64,000 nt of DNA from Porphyridium purpureum. Taxonomy: Eukaryota. The position numbers and the translations under genes were made by a program. The stretch covers positions 248,001 to 312,000 of the forward strand of contig VRMN01000014.1 in NCBI GenBank assembly GCA_008690995.1, in the 5' to 3' direction. Under the pieces are notes generated by a model, which searched no databases, had not been told where the DNA came from, and was given only the letters and a program-made list of their open reading frames with translations. Positions 54,201-64,000 of the stretch are shown here, in pieces. Positions within the stretch are counted from its first letter, which is position 1. The number at the start of each line of letters is the position of its first letter.

Positions 54201-54757
54201 GTGTGACATCGATGGACAACGATTTGCCTATTGCAGTGATGCGCGCGCTTTTACCCATCTACTTTAAGTACAAGTTCCTGCTGGATCCCACCATTGACTG
54301 GGTCGAAGCATTGCTGAGGAAGTACCGCGAAGGTTCACCTTTCTCAAGGCTGCTAGACTACTACGTAGCGAAAGCAAACTCGTACAGTACTGAGTCATCT
54401 CAAGCCCCGGCAAAGGCGCACGTAGCTGGGGACGCGGACGCGGCGCAGGATATGGACGTTGGTTCTCATCGCCTTGATGTAGAAGTGGGCGTGGAAGAGC
54501 TCTATTCATTTTACGACCTCAGCGCAAACGTTGACCTCGTCATCATCGGCGCGCTCTGTGTGCTTCTCGCATTCATCGTCGTCGTTCGGCGCAAACGCTT
54601 AAAGATGAATCAAGCGACAGAGGCCGCAGTCGCGGCAGCAGTTCCGCATGCTGCTGAGCAAGTAATCACAAGTGAACAGGATCCAAGTCGTCATGAAAAT
54701 GATCAGCCAGTGCGTGATGAAGTACCAGAGCCCGCGCCTCCTCAAGTTGGGTCATAG
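51212..54757 (+). CDS. HRD3: ERAD component SEL1L/Hrd3 (Sel1 repeats)
   Basis: Signal peptide, AQMALGFRYMYG, AQVIIGQLYFLG, LKQVAEFG, AAEAGVEVAQHNAAF, C-terminal TM. Confidence 0.88.
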   Translation: MRRKLGVVLVVVVAVLCVVVRARVKAHVHEGRGDGVETPAQQERDALRMTEDGLQHEWHRLEEEQNGYRGVVVRAVVRHVPEEWRDAGPVQVRLDGLDGVRLLEHAQDANDARREVLWILVDRELLDEATLDPARAQLVIEMSSPALGVVQHQTRALNALIPRRVSRRLAERSRRHTQNTDGPDSNKEERSHQRRPRTVANARPAHESGPRSDLHAHSRRHATAAATDPWEEFRTHERKVHAAREQFLGSGILHTNVATDPLDDGLNRLDHDGDASGTGPAASEQHVQGALHTVLFNTSASGREVHDALCVLHAHATALLPELPSSYSDILSPTFVAIAQALEQQNVRHQHPHGHASSGIVSARWYSQTASLQALSAFGWLFLVGDSRANLPQRHGPGDWRISLFGMRAPSARRRGRLVAIPRGVAMAKTCFDAAASLGDADAHAMLGFLYASSSGSANVDKAILHWTLAANGGSAYAQMALGFRYMYGIGGLEKNCDTAAMLYERAAARVVGDELVLSEHPGAASSGTDPQPDLQQHVHMHSISASPTGDLMQYHASLDRVRLSEHADAGLSGAGGVRGKLRKQGPDDEIIQYYIHNANNGDSTAQVIIGQLYFLGLHGMPRDERRARYWFEKAAELYDARAMANLGFMYAHGLGGLARDDALALELFERATEQNDAAGWNGLGWCYTYGVGTPDRAPDLAKAFKYFSKAAELGHAEAMYNVGVMQLSGATGSASAPKGAEFAFKSFKRAARRGHWKGMYQAGVMFRHAHGVSAHHPHQQVHGDAHTNLVHASHCEAAARLLKQVAEFGTSVSVLLQRAIDAYEDADYAAALMRFRMAAEAGVEVAQHNAAFIFERHNVEADLGFTSASEFVAANEVGRLDGPRSLGAPVMPPLLMDRVPSGVYAAMDEYERSAIQGASDSALRLGDLAFELFDYDKARVSYLAASSAELAVAAQARVNLAWMHARGKGFESSDLNMAMRYLTSGLHEDSNTGSTGVTSMDNDLPIAVMRALLPIYFKYKFLLDPTIDWVEALLRKYREGSPFSRLLDYYVAKANSYSTESSQAPAKAHVAGDADAAQDMDVGSHRLDVEVGVEELYSFYDLSANVDLVIIGALCVLLAFIVVVRRKRLKMNQATEAAVAAAVPHAAEQVITSEQDPSRHENDQPVRDEVPEPAPPQVGS

Positions 54758-55291
54758 CAGCGAGCAAAATAAATGTGGCACAAAATGTCTAAATAATGTC
54801 GGGATCCAGCCATTCGTCCAGTTTGGTTCCGCCACGAGTAAAACAAATATCATGCACATTCCTCGCGGCGTGTCCTGCCACACGTACTTTTGACAACACG
54901 AAGTTTATGTGAAACCACGGGCGCTGCCAGAGCACCGCGGTACTCGACGAATGATGTATTTACATATCGAACAGGATCCGGCGCCGCGGCATCTCCGTGC
55001 ATTCGCGATATGCACCCTTGTCATCAGCTTCTTCGCGAATGCAAGCAGATTCCATGCAGACGCGAACCAGTTTACGTCGAAGGCCAGACGGTGCCTGCTC
55101 TTACCCACGCGCAGAAAGCTACATGCGAGACTGTGCCCTACCGGGACCACAAGCCCTCGCGGCGGCAATGCACGTCGTTCCTGCGCATGCTGTATCCAAG
55201 TCTCTCTTGGACAACATTGCCGATTCAATAGCGTTCTCAAACCGCTTGCCATAGCAGTCACAAAGCGTCCAAACTAGTCCACAGGCCTTGC

Positions 55292-57121
55292 TCAGCGCGC
55301 TGCTGGCGGCGGCGGTGGAGGAGGCGGAGGAGGCGGAGGTGCCTCGTCTTCACGAGGCGGCGGCGGCGGCGGTGGTGGTGGTGGCGGGAGAATTTCTGCA
55401 TTCAGCGGCGGTGGTGGTGGCGGAGGAAGTGGAATTTCCTCTGGATTCTTCGACGGTGGCGGAGGCGGATAAGCAATGATCGCCTCCTGACCGGAGCCTA
55501 GCCATACTGGATCACTGGGCTCGTACGCAGCCACGCCATGCCCGTTCTCTTTTGCATTTGTCAGGGGTTGAGCCACAACAGGTACAACTCCTGCCAAATT
55601 ATAGCCTCCAGATACCGCGACCGCCGCCGTACCCATCCCCATCGTGTACAATCCTCCTGTTGGAGCCGCATGGACCTGAAACTGTCCAAGTAGCGCGCGC
55701 CACGGTGGAATTGGCACGACTGCATCGAGTAACTCTTCTGTCGACCTTCGCGGCACAAAACTGTGATGTGGCATGTCAAATCGCCGGTCCCGATGGGCCA
55801 TCGAATCGTTGTTTCTTGTCATGCCTTGCATTGCACCCTCTCCTTGCTCGCCAGAAGATTGAGGCGGCTGCAGGTCTGTGCGCTTATCTTTGGCCAAGTC
55901 CTGTACTTCGCGCGCAGTCCCTGTAATATCAGCCATCAAGTTACTGTATTCTGCATCCAGTCCACCGCCTTCACCGTTGGCAACGTTGTGTCGTGCTCTC
56001 TGTGCGGCAAAAGGCGGGCCAGATGCTCGGTCTGGACAGTCGCGAGCGATGTGCTCCTTGTGTCCGCAATGGAAACATCCTGACCCGGCTCTCGGCTGCA
56101 TTTGTGGAGGCTGTGTACAATCACGCGCAATGTGCGCATCGCTCCCGCACCGAAAGCATTCGCGATCTTTCGGTGACTTTGCTTGGAGCAGCGTCCCATT
56201 CAATTCGGCGAGCTCACGCAGCTGCTTCTGCTTGTGATCATTTTCGCTGTCCTTGAGCGGCTTGGTCAGCTCTTTGATACGCTCGATGCACCCATCAACA
56301 CGCTGCTCCGCTTGCGCGCCTTCTGCGGACACGACAACGTGGAGCTCGTCGTCATCGTCGCGCCGCGGTGTCCGCCCGCGCCCATCTTTCACCGAGCCTT
56401 TCCCGCGCAATCGAACGCGCACATCAAAGTCCTGCTCTAGCCTCTTGTGCGTGTTGCCGCGCGGGCCAATGATCAGGCCGATCATGTTGACTTCAGGGTG
56501 CTGGTCGACCTCCAAGTAATACCTCTTGTAGACGCGCTCCGCATCCTGATCCGCGCGCACGGGCGCACCGTCGGCGATTTTCTGCGCACTGCTGAGTTGC
56601 TTGAGCTTACTCAGCAGCTCGGAACGCTGCTTCTCCAACTTTTGCCGCGCGCGGTCCACGCGCGTGTTAATACGCACCCCACGTGCATCATAAATTGGTT
56701 CGGGCGTTGACGAACGCGACAGTAGCTCGTCCACTGGCAAATTGGCATTCTCCAGACGCATCATGGTTGTGACGGCGTCTAACTCGCGACGCAAATCACG
56801 CTCTTCAGTACGGCCACGCTTTCCACTCGCATGCTCATCAGCGGCCTCAGCCTGAGGCTCCCATCGGGACGCACGCCGCTTCCGTCTCTGCTCCTGCTCC
56901 TGCTCCTGCTGCTCTTTCTCATGCTGCCTTGCTTCGCCGTCGCCGTCGCCGTCGTCGTCGCTGTTCGCGACAGCGTTTCTCACACCGTGTCCTTCAACCT
57001 CTTGCCATCGCGAACGCGACCGCTTTCGACTCGCCCCGTCTCGCTCAGCTTGCGCAGCGTGCGTGCTGCGCGGCGCTGGTGATGTGCCGTCGCCTCGCTC
57101 CGCCTCTTCGTCCATCTCCAT
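55292..57121 (-). CDS. SF1: Splicing factor 1 / branchpoint-binding protein
   Basis: RKRSRSRW, PEPIYDARGVRINTR, KH GLIIGPRGNT..RGKGSVKDG, QUA2 QLRELAELNGTL, two CCHC knuckles, polyPro tail. Confidence 0.95.
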   Translation of the reverse strand: MEMDEEAERGDGTSPAPRSTHAAQAERDGASRKRSRSRWQEVEGHGVRNAVANSDDDGDGDGEARQHEKEQQEQEQEQRRKRRASRWEPQAEAADEHASGKRGRTEERDLRRELDAVTTMMRLENANLPVDELLSRSSTPEPIYDARGVRINTRVDRARQKLEKQRSELLSKLKQLSSAQKIADGAPVRADQDAERVYKRYYLEVDQHPEVNMIGLIIGPRGNTHKRLEQDFDVRVRLRGKGSVKDGRGRTPRRDDDDELHVVVSAEGAQAEQRVDGCIERIKELTKPLKDSENDHKQKQLRELAELNGTLLQAKSPKDRECFRCGSDAHIARDCTQPPQMQPRAGSGCFHCGHKEHIARDCPDRASGPPFAAQRARHNVANGEGGGLDAEYSNLMADITGTAREVQDLAKDKRTDLQPPQSSGEQGEGAMQGMTRNNDSMAHRDRRFDMPHHSFVPRRSTEELLDAVVPIPPWRALLGQFQVHAAPTGGLYTMGMGTAAVAVSGGYNLAGVVPVVAQPLTNAKENGHGVAAYEPSDPVWLGSGQEAIIAYPPPPPSKNPEEIPLPPPPPPPLNAEILPPPPPPPPPPPREDEAPPPPPPPPPPPPAAR

Positions 57122-58167
57122 TGCTTTCACGGCCGCTCTCACCCTCCGCCTCGACACCGCGCTTCTCTGTTAATGCCGTGGCCGTGTACCCATTGGTGCA
57201 CCGTCGCACACTTGAACGGGAGTCAAGACGCCGGTTCGGCGCATGCTCAATTGAACGTCGTGGACTCGACATCGTGAAAATGCGGTCTGGAGCCGCCGCT
57301 GCCAGCGTGGCAGCATGTGCAGGAGAACGGTATGAAACCGTAGAGCCACACCCGAGGACCACAGTCCTGCGCAGGAAGAGAAAAAGGAAACCAGGAAGAG
57401 TCTGTGTGAATAAAACAACAGCTTGCTAGCGAAAAGATTCGGGCAGGTTGACCTTAGACGCGTAGCGCTCCATTAAATCGGCAAGGAAAGACCGCCTGGT
57501 GTAGACTCACCCGCCGTTCCAAACCGAATCCCCCCCGCAATAATCCCAAAGCGGTGAGCCTGGGGGTTGTTAACTCGACGAACTCTTCAGTCCCAAGTCT
57601 CGCAAAGGAAATATTTCTACCGTGCATGCCGGGTGCGCTCACGAGCACCTGGCGAACAGTCGAAGGTTGTGCTGACACCAGTCGCAAGCCTTGCGAATGC
57701 AGTCGTTGATTCTGGGCGACATAGCGACGGACCCGCCGACTAGGCGAATGACATGGTGGCTGCAGCTGCAGCTGCACCTGCTTTGTGCGTTGACGGCGTG
57801 ATGCTACTCATGATTCTGCTTATGTTACTGGCAAAGAGCGAAGCACCGCAAATCAAAGGAGAACAAGATGCGTCTCTCCCACAGGTCCACTCGATTACGT
57901 CAAAACCACGTCTTTATGAATAATAAGAGTCCAGCTGGTGCTGCATGTGGAGCGAGCAAGCAGCAGCAAAATTGCGAGTGCGAGAAGCCAGAGAGCGTGT
58001 TCATACCAGGAGGTTCAACGTTTTGGACGATAAGCAATGAGATGGTAAACTTGCGAGGGTTGCAAGCTTGAGTATATCTACTGAGACCCCTAGGTGGTCT
58101 CGTTCATGCAAACAGATAATACGGCCAAAGGCTACTCGGCCTGCTGTGGCGTGATCCGGAGAAGCTG

Positions 58168-59628
58168 CTACTTTCTCGACCTTCTGGTCTGGTTTTCGTG
58201 CGCATACCAACCAAGAAGGATGGCGAGAGAACCAAGGGCCAGTTTCATGCCACGTCCATGATTCGATGGGGGCACTGGTTTGATGTCTTGCATCTCCGCC
58301 AGCTCTGGAACTCGCGGACGCCGCTCGTGAATTGCTACTGATAATATAGAAAATCCCTTCACATGATCAGTGACGATTTTCATGGCGTTTCCTTCCCGCG
58401 GCAAGCTCATTGGCGGAAAATACTTTGCCAACTGTGATGATCGACTCTTCAGCACATTGATTCCTTCAGAACTTTTGGATGCCTCTTTCACTACCTTTGC
58501 CAAGTCAGCCGACAAGTTTTCGAACCCGAGCCAAAAGCGCATTCGGTAATCAACGGATGCTCTTACGCTTCTCCCGAACATGAGTTTTGGCGTTACGAAT
58601 ATTTTTTTCCCTTTCAGCACAGCCAAGAGTTGCTTGGCGGCATTCTTGTCGCCTTCGCGTGAGAAAACCATCGTCCGCATTCCTTCGGTTCCTTTCTTAC
58701 CGACATATTCTCCTGCTCCTACAAGAGAGACCATGATAGTATTCTTCGGTGGCAGCTGCATCCGGCTGAGATAGTTTCCAACCTTGAAATTGCTGCTTCT
58801 GGGGGTGTGCATTTCAACAGCTTCGTAGAAACCATTCCAGGTCCGAGCCAATAGAGTCTGACCTTTCACAAGCAGTGGGTCGCAGCTGATTCTGATCCAG
58901 TCGTCGCCGGTGCTTTCCACGATGCCCGAAAACCTCCGGTCAATTTGCAGAGTTTTCAGCGTGATGACTCGCGTAGCCACGGCGTGAAAATGTAGAAGAG
59001 CAAAGCACGTTATCGCACATGCGTTCCATGCTACAATCTGGTCAATGTCTGGAAATCTGCACGTCAAGTCAATACGCGCTTGTCCGACAAAGCTCGCTGC
59101 CGTGTGGAATGCACGAAGCGACGTCTCCACGGAATGGGTGACGATTTTCGAACGCATGATTGAGCAATAAAGTTCAAGAATGCGGTCTCGAAGTACGCAA
59201 AGATTGCGTTGGACATCACCGCATTGAGAATAGACGCCCTGGATGATGCGTTCTCTACCGGACGCCGTCTGCGCGTCGATACACACGGACGGAAAGGCAC
59301 GCAAGAGTCTAACTGCAGGCGTGCGCAAAATATCGTGATACAAGGAGCTTGTGCGCGCCCTTTGAAGAGCGACTCCAAGCAAAACGGTTATGGTTGAGAG
59401 CATGCGCTTGACGTTCACATCAACTGGCAAGCGCCTCGGCCGGATCATGCAGATCGCCGCAGGGTGATGAGCGCGGCTGCGAAAGACGAGCTTTGCTTCA
59501 TTGCGACCTTTGAGCAGATCGACCTTGTTCTGCACGCTTAGCATCGTCTGGACTCTTTCGTTCGTCTCGCACTCTGTTTTCTCACTTTTGTTCTGCTCGC
59601 ACTCTGTTATCTCACTTTCGTTCGACAC
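58168..59628 (-). CDS. Hypothetical 486-aa protein
   Basis: Long ORF with protein-like composition; no motif recognised; start uncertain. Confidence 0.55.
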   Translation of the reverse strand: MSNESEITECEQNKSEKTECETNERVQTMLSVQNKVDLLKGRNEAKLVFRSRAHHPAAICMIRPRRLPVDVNVKRMLSTITVLLGVALQRARTSSLYHDILRTPAVRLLRAFPSVCIDAQTASGRERIIQGVYSQCGDVQRNLCVLRDRILELYCSIMRSKIVTHSVETSLRAFHTAASFVGQARIDLTCRFPDIDQIVAWNACAITCFALLHFHAVATRVITLKTLQIDRRFSGIVESTGDDWIRISCDPLLVKGQTLLARTWNGFYEAVEMHTPRSSNFKVGNYLSRMQLPPKNTIMVSLVGAGEYVGKKGTEGMRTMVFSREGDKNAAKQLLAVLKGKKIFVTPKLMFGRSVRASVDYRMRFWLGFENLSADLAKVVKEASKSSEGINVLKSRSSQLAKYFPPMSLPREGNAMKIVTDHVKGFSILSVAIHERRPRVPELAEMQDIKPVPPSNHGRGMKLALGSLAILLGWYAHENQTRRSRK

Positions 59629-60390
59629 GCTTTTGGGTTGATAGGCTACCTTGGTGCTCTTGACGTCTCACCGTGAGTCATGATGATCTTCCACATATAG
59701 CACCGGGTACTTATATGCCGAACTCCCGTCTCGCGGATGGTATCAAATCCTGTTTGTTTTGCGGACTGCCCGCGCATGCCTTGCTTTGGTACCAGTAGAC
59801 TTACACGCCGACCACACATTTCACGGTATTACAAGTCGGCACACAGCGCTTTGTGTCAGCGCGAGCTACATGGGCTACCCTTCTTTCATCGAGCACGCGC
59901 GTTATGCGATGCTGAATTCACTAGATTCGGCGGCGGCAGCAGCAGGCCTCCCGGCGCACAGCAGCCGAATCAGCTACACACGTGATTCTGATATCACAGA
60001 TCTCATACCAACCATGCGCAGACGTCAGAGCGGTCCACGTCTGACAGCACGAGAGCCATTGCCAAAAATCACAAAACGGCATTGATTTAATATGAACTCA
60101 CGGTTTTTTCTCAGAGGAAAAAATTGTAGCTCATGTGCGCACGTGCTGATTTGGCGAGAACACCGGGATTGGCGGACACGGGCTGCGTTTTTCGTGTTGC
60201 AAGTACAAATATGCGGCGCGCGCAGAGACACGCTGACAGAGCTTACCGCGTCGGCAGAGCAGTAGCACGCGGGCGCGTGCGCGTCTAGAGAATAGTAGCT
60301 CTCTGTCGCGCTCGATCGGTCGGTTTCTCACGGACCTCTGCGTCCGGCTGCACGAGAGCACATGATGAGCAGGTTCGTGGACACATAGAC

Positions 60391-61215
60391 ATGTCAATGA
60401 TGGCGGTTTGCTGCTCGGCTTCGTTCGTAGGAAGCGGTTCTAAAATGAGGCCGGTAGCCTTTTCGCCCCATGTGCAACGCAGCACGAGATGCACAACGTT
60501 TGTAGCTCCGTTTTACGTCTCGCGAAAGGCTCTGAAAGCCCTGATGTTCGCAGGTATCGCTTTGATTCCCATCTTCCGCATGTGACTTCAGGTGTACGAA
60601 AATATCGAATTCTTGACACCATACATGGAGAAGAGCCGCAAGTGCTGCCTGCGCGGCTTTGTTACCAGTGTGGGCGACTCGGACAACTTTCGATTCCGAC
60701 ACGAGCCCTTTTTGCGCGGCTGGCGTGGGTACGTGTCCATGTTGGGCTTCCTGTTTGCGTTCGACCGCAAGGCGGCCATAAAGTGGCGTATTGGCAGCAA
60801 AGGAGTTAACGCAATGTCAAAGAACACAATCCACGTGCGTTTGTGCGGCGTCGATGCACCTGAGGCCATGCACCTTGGAAGGTCCGGACAACCAGGCTTT
60901 GAAGAAGCGTTCAAACGGATGAAGGAAACAATCGATGGAAAGGACGTGACCATCCATCTGCTGAGGCGAGACCAGTACAACCGCATGATATGCCAAGTTC
61001 TGTTCAAGCCACACTGGTTTAGTCCACAGCACGATCTCTCTCTAGACTTGCTGGAGGCCGGGTGGGGAGTCATGTACGAGGGCAACGAAGCCGAGTAAAA
61101 TGGCAACCTGCGAAAGTATCGGGATGCTGTTAAGAGGGCGCAGGAAGCCGGAAGAGGGATACGGAAGATCGGCACAGATATTGAGGGTCCCCAGGAGTAC
61201 AGGCGAAGGCTCTGA
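60391..61215 (+). pseudogene. LCL3-like staphylococcal (thermo)nuclease with in-frame stops
   Basis: VTSVGDSDNFRFRH, TIHVRLCGVDAPE, DQYNR, GVMYEG; stops at 60583 (TGA) and 61096 (TAA) within a single frame. Confidence 0.8.
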
Positions 61216-61281
61216 ATGGAAAAGGAAGAGGAAGAGAAGAAGAAAAAGCGAAAAGGTAGCAGCTCTGAAACAGGATTGGAG

Positions 61282-61372
61282 GCCGAATCAGGAACTGATA
61301 TCGACGCCGGATCAGGAATGGCAGACAAAGCCGGATCAGATACTGCAGACGAAGCAGGATCAGGAACTGAGT
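61282..61372 (+). repeat. Degenerate ~24-bp tandem repeat (GCCGGATCAGGAACT...)
   Basis: Encodes AESGTDID/AGSGMADK/AGSDTADE/AGSGTESE. Confidence 0.7.
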
Positions 61373-61599
61373 CCGAGATACACCGCAAAAAACCAGTGAA
61401 AGCCTGCTCACTACATGGTTTGCCGTTTTTTCCTTCTCTGAAAGTAAAAGGGGCTACGTTCAAAGGCTGGTGTGTTGCGTCAGAGAGAATACGCAAAGGT
61501 CCTCGTCGCCAAGTGCACGATTTGATCCGCGAGGTGCTCGTCAATTTCGCAAATTTTGCTCTCCACTTTCCTGCCGCGAGAAAGTTCGGCCGCGAGCAG

Positions 61600-63213
61600 A
61601 TGATGGCCGGCGGCGTGTATGTGCGCGCGGTGGCGCGCGATGTGGGCTTGGTAATGCTGATCAGCAGCCTAGCGTTCGGCGCGCACTTTGGTAAGCACAG
61701 CGTGTCGACCATGACGTCGCTAATCACGCACGCGGGCTTGTCTCGCCGGCAGTTCGGGCTGCTGTTTTCGCTGCAGGAGGCGCCCGGCATGGTGGTGCCG
61801 CTGCTTGCCGCGGGCTTGGTCTCGAGTTTGTCGTCGCCTGCGTTAGGCGGAGTGGTGCTGTCCTCCGTTACTCTTGCCGGACAGGTTCTCTGTACATGTG
61901 CGTGTGATGCGCTGCTGCGCGCGAGCGCACGTGACAGCGTGCTGCCGGGCAATGCCCATGAAGCTGGTGCAAACACCCACGCGTACGCCTGGCTTCTGGT
62001 CGGAAGATTCATGTTTGGGCTCGGCGACAGCGCCTTGGTCGTCCTGCAGGGCACCTGTCTGGCGTACGTATTCGGAAGCACAGCTTTGGCTGTTTCAGGA
62101 CGAGCGTCACTACAACAGCGGTCAAGGATTCGCGGCGTGTCGCTTGGCTCCTCGTACGGGTTGATGATTGCCATGAGCCGGCTGACCACCATGGCATCGC
62201 TTGGCGCACCGGCGTACATTGCGTCGCATTGCGCGCTGGGCGCCGTGTGTGTGCTGTGGGTTGCGTCGTTCCTGTGCTTGGTTTCTGTCACAGCCGCGCT
62301 CGTTTTGTTGGTATGGGGTCCAGGCGTGTTGAAACATTGGAATCGCGCCCGACAGAAGCAGGCAGAGGAGCCACAACATGAGCAGCGGCTTGCACAGCGG
62401 GGCGCGCAGCAAGCCAGTGAGCATGAAGAAGAGCGTGAGCAACACCTGCAGGAGGGCGACGGAGAAGAGGACGAGGATGAAAAAGTGGGCCTCCCGGTAG
62501 AGCATGCACCCATATCGCCATTGAGGTGGATAACTGACGGCATTGCGCAGCTACACACAACGCACATAATCATCCTGTGTGTGTGGATGACCACTAGCAG
62601 TGTGTTCTTTTCCTACTTGCATTTTTCGGTTGACTTTCTGACAACATCGTCGGCTTCGTCGCCGCACCCGATTTCGCCCGCGCACGCCGGACTTTACTCA
62701 TCCGGTGTTCTTCTCGCATCATCGTGCCTATCACCACTTGTCGGTTTCGTCTTGGACCGCTTTGGCGGACGTCCACTGGTTATCATGGGGTCTTCGGCAC
62801 TCATGAGCGTTGCGCTCGGTCTGTTCCTGGTGTTCGAAACGCACACGGCCGCGCTTGCCGCACACGTGCTGCTAGGCGTCGCGTTTGGACTTGCACCAGT
62901 GACCTTGCTCAGCAGTATGGCGCTTGTTTCGCCTGCCGCTCTGCTGCCTTTCATGCTGGCCGCATTCAAAGTTGTTGAGAATATCGGCATGGCCGTCATG
63001 CACGTGTCCGTCGGCTCATTGGTGGACCGCAGTCACGGCTCGTACACAGCGGTTATCGCCGCCTTTGTCGGCATTAACTTGGTGGGCGCCGCGCTGGGCG
63101 GCGTGCTTCTTCTTCTGGATACTTCCACGCGCGTATCGGACCTATCGCCTCCAGGCGCCCGCGACCACATTGAGATTGACGAGTCCGAACCTTTACTAAA
63201 CCAGGCCCACTGA
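61600..63213 (+). CDS. MFS transporter (MFSD1-like)
   Basis: FGLLFSL, VGRFMFGLG, GFVLDRFGGR, GSLVDR, C-terminal dileucine-like ESEPLL. Confidence 0.88.
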   Translation: MMAGGVYVRAVARDVGLVMLISSLAFGAHFGKHSVSTMTSLITHAGLSRRQFGLLFSLQEAPGMVVPLLAAGLVSSLSSPALGGVVLSSVTLAGQVLCTCACDALLRASARDSVLPGNAHEAGANTHAYAWLLVGRFMFGLGDSALVVLQGTCLAYVFGSTALAVSGRASLQQRSRIRGVSLGSSYGLMIAMSRLTTMASLGAPAYIASHCALGAVCVLWVASFLCLVSVTAALVLLVWGPGVLKHWNRARQKQAEEPQHEQRLAQRGAQQASEHEEEREQHLQEGDGEEDEDEKVGLPVEHAPISPLRWITDGIAQLHTTHIIILCVWMTTSSVFFSYLHFSVDFLTTSSASSPHPISPAHAGLYSSGVLLASSCLSPLVGFVLDRFGGRPLVIMGSSALMSVALGLFLVFETHTAALAAHVLLGVAFGLAPVTLLSSMALVSPAALLPFMLAAFKVVENIGMAVMHVSVGSLVDRSHGSYTAVIAAFVGINLVGAALGGVLLLLDTSTRVSDLSPPGARDHIEIDESEPLLNQAH

Positions 63214-63214
63214 C

Positions 63215-64000
63215 ATGCGCGAAGACGCGGGACATGAGAGAGCCAAGCGGCCACGGCTACCGCCTCCAAGGTCACCCATGACTCCACCACCGGCACCACG
63301 TGTTTCGGCATCGGGGCGTGCGCAAAGCCCGCCGCGGCGGCAGGTGTCGTCCGGGTTGCGCCCGCCGTTGGGCGCGCAGCGCGCCGCAGAGAGTGGCGTG
63401 AATGTAGGGACCAGCAGTGAGGACGACAACGCGGCGGCCCTTGCGCTGCTGCTGCAGCAAGGTACACAAAGCCGACCGCAGTATCCAGACACCGTGCTCC
63501 AGGCACACGCTCAAACGAACACGGGTGCTCAAGGACAAGTCGGTGCGAGTCGCGCACCGGTGCAAGCGACGCCTGCAGGCCGGCCACCGGGAGGGCGCGG
63601 CATTGGTGCGGGCGCTGACTCTAGCGAGACGACAACACCAGAAAGCGTACCGCCATGGTCGCGTGTGCAGCCGCGCACGCCCATGCTACGAAGGCACTAC
63701 GCCGACGGCGGGACGCTTGGAGCTGCTGCTGGCATCGCGCCGACAGGTAACAGTCAGGCGAGCATCACGCCGTCGACTGTGTTGCTACAGCCGCCGCGCG
63801 GTGTCGTCAAGCACGCTGCGCAAGGGCCGAACCACTCGCTGACGTCATCATCCTTGTCTGGCTCGTCCAAACGCATCCAGAAGGAGCTGGCCGAATTGAG
63901 CGAAGTGGCGCTCGGCACGCACGGAAGCGCCCATGACCGGGAGCAATACTGGCCACGCACGCTGTACTTTGGCGGCCCGAAGGGTGACGACCTTTACTCT
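63215..64000 (+). CDS. Ubiquitin-conjugating enzyme E2 (UBE2E-like) with long N-terminal extension; runs off window end
   Basis: Open from ATG 63215 to the window end; SSKRIQKELAEL...GPKGDDLY. Confidence 0.8.
   Translation, partial: MREDAGHERAKRPRLPPPRSPMTPPPAPRVSASGRAQSPPRRQVSSGLRPPLGAQRAAESGVNVGTSSEDDNAAALALLLQQGTQSRPQYPDTVLQAHAQTNTGAQGQVGASRAPVQATPAGRPPGGRGIGAGADSSETTTPESVPPWSRVQPRTPMLRRHYADGGTLGAAAGIAPTGNSQASITPSTVLLQPPRGVVKHAAQGPNHSLTSSSLSGSSKRIQKELAELSEVALGTHGSAHDREQYWPRTLYFGGPKGDDLYS

Noticed and set aside
60583..61215. Stop-codon reassignment or selenocysteine to explain in-frame stops
   Set aside because: Stop types are mixed, and intact genes in the window end with TAA, TAG and TGA normally.

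Overview
Eukaryotic nuclear DNA: GC-rich, gene-dense and almost intron-free, with several apparently plastid-targeted genes (ClpR, TspO-like, a small membrane protein). This fits a unicellular red alga (Porphyridium-like), which is an inference. The first ~9.7 kb is a transposon cluster: a decayed LTR retrotransposon (1-~2981), a young, nearly intact related element (3483-8309; LTRs ~99% identical, PBS, PPT, target-site duplication) and a Tc1/mariner transposase relic. Both LTR elements have Ty1/copia-type INT-RT-RNaseH but Ty3/gypsy-like Gag and protease, joined by a -1 ribosomal frameshift signal. The rest holds about 20 mostly housekeeping genes: XPD, Mic19-like, RtcB, a large FG/RanBD-like/C3HC (ZC3HC1-like) protein, a PiT phosphate transporter, SMYD-like SET, TspO, ClpR, a Gly/Met-rich protein, ABCG, L-asparaginase, PTAR1-like, GGACT-like, SEL1L/Hrd3, SF1/BBP, MFS and a UBE2E-like E2. 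It also contains VMP1 and LCL3 pseudogenes, recurrent promoter motifs and candidate structured RNAs. All family calls come from reading motifs by eye, not from database searches.
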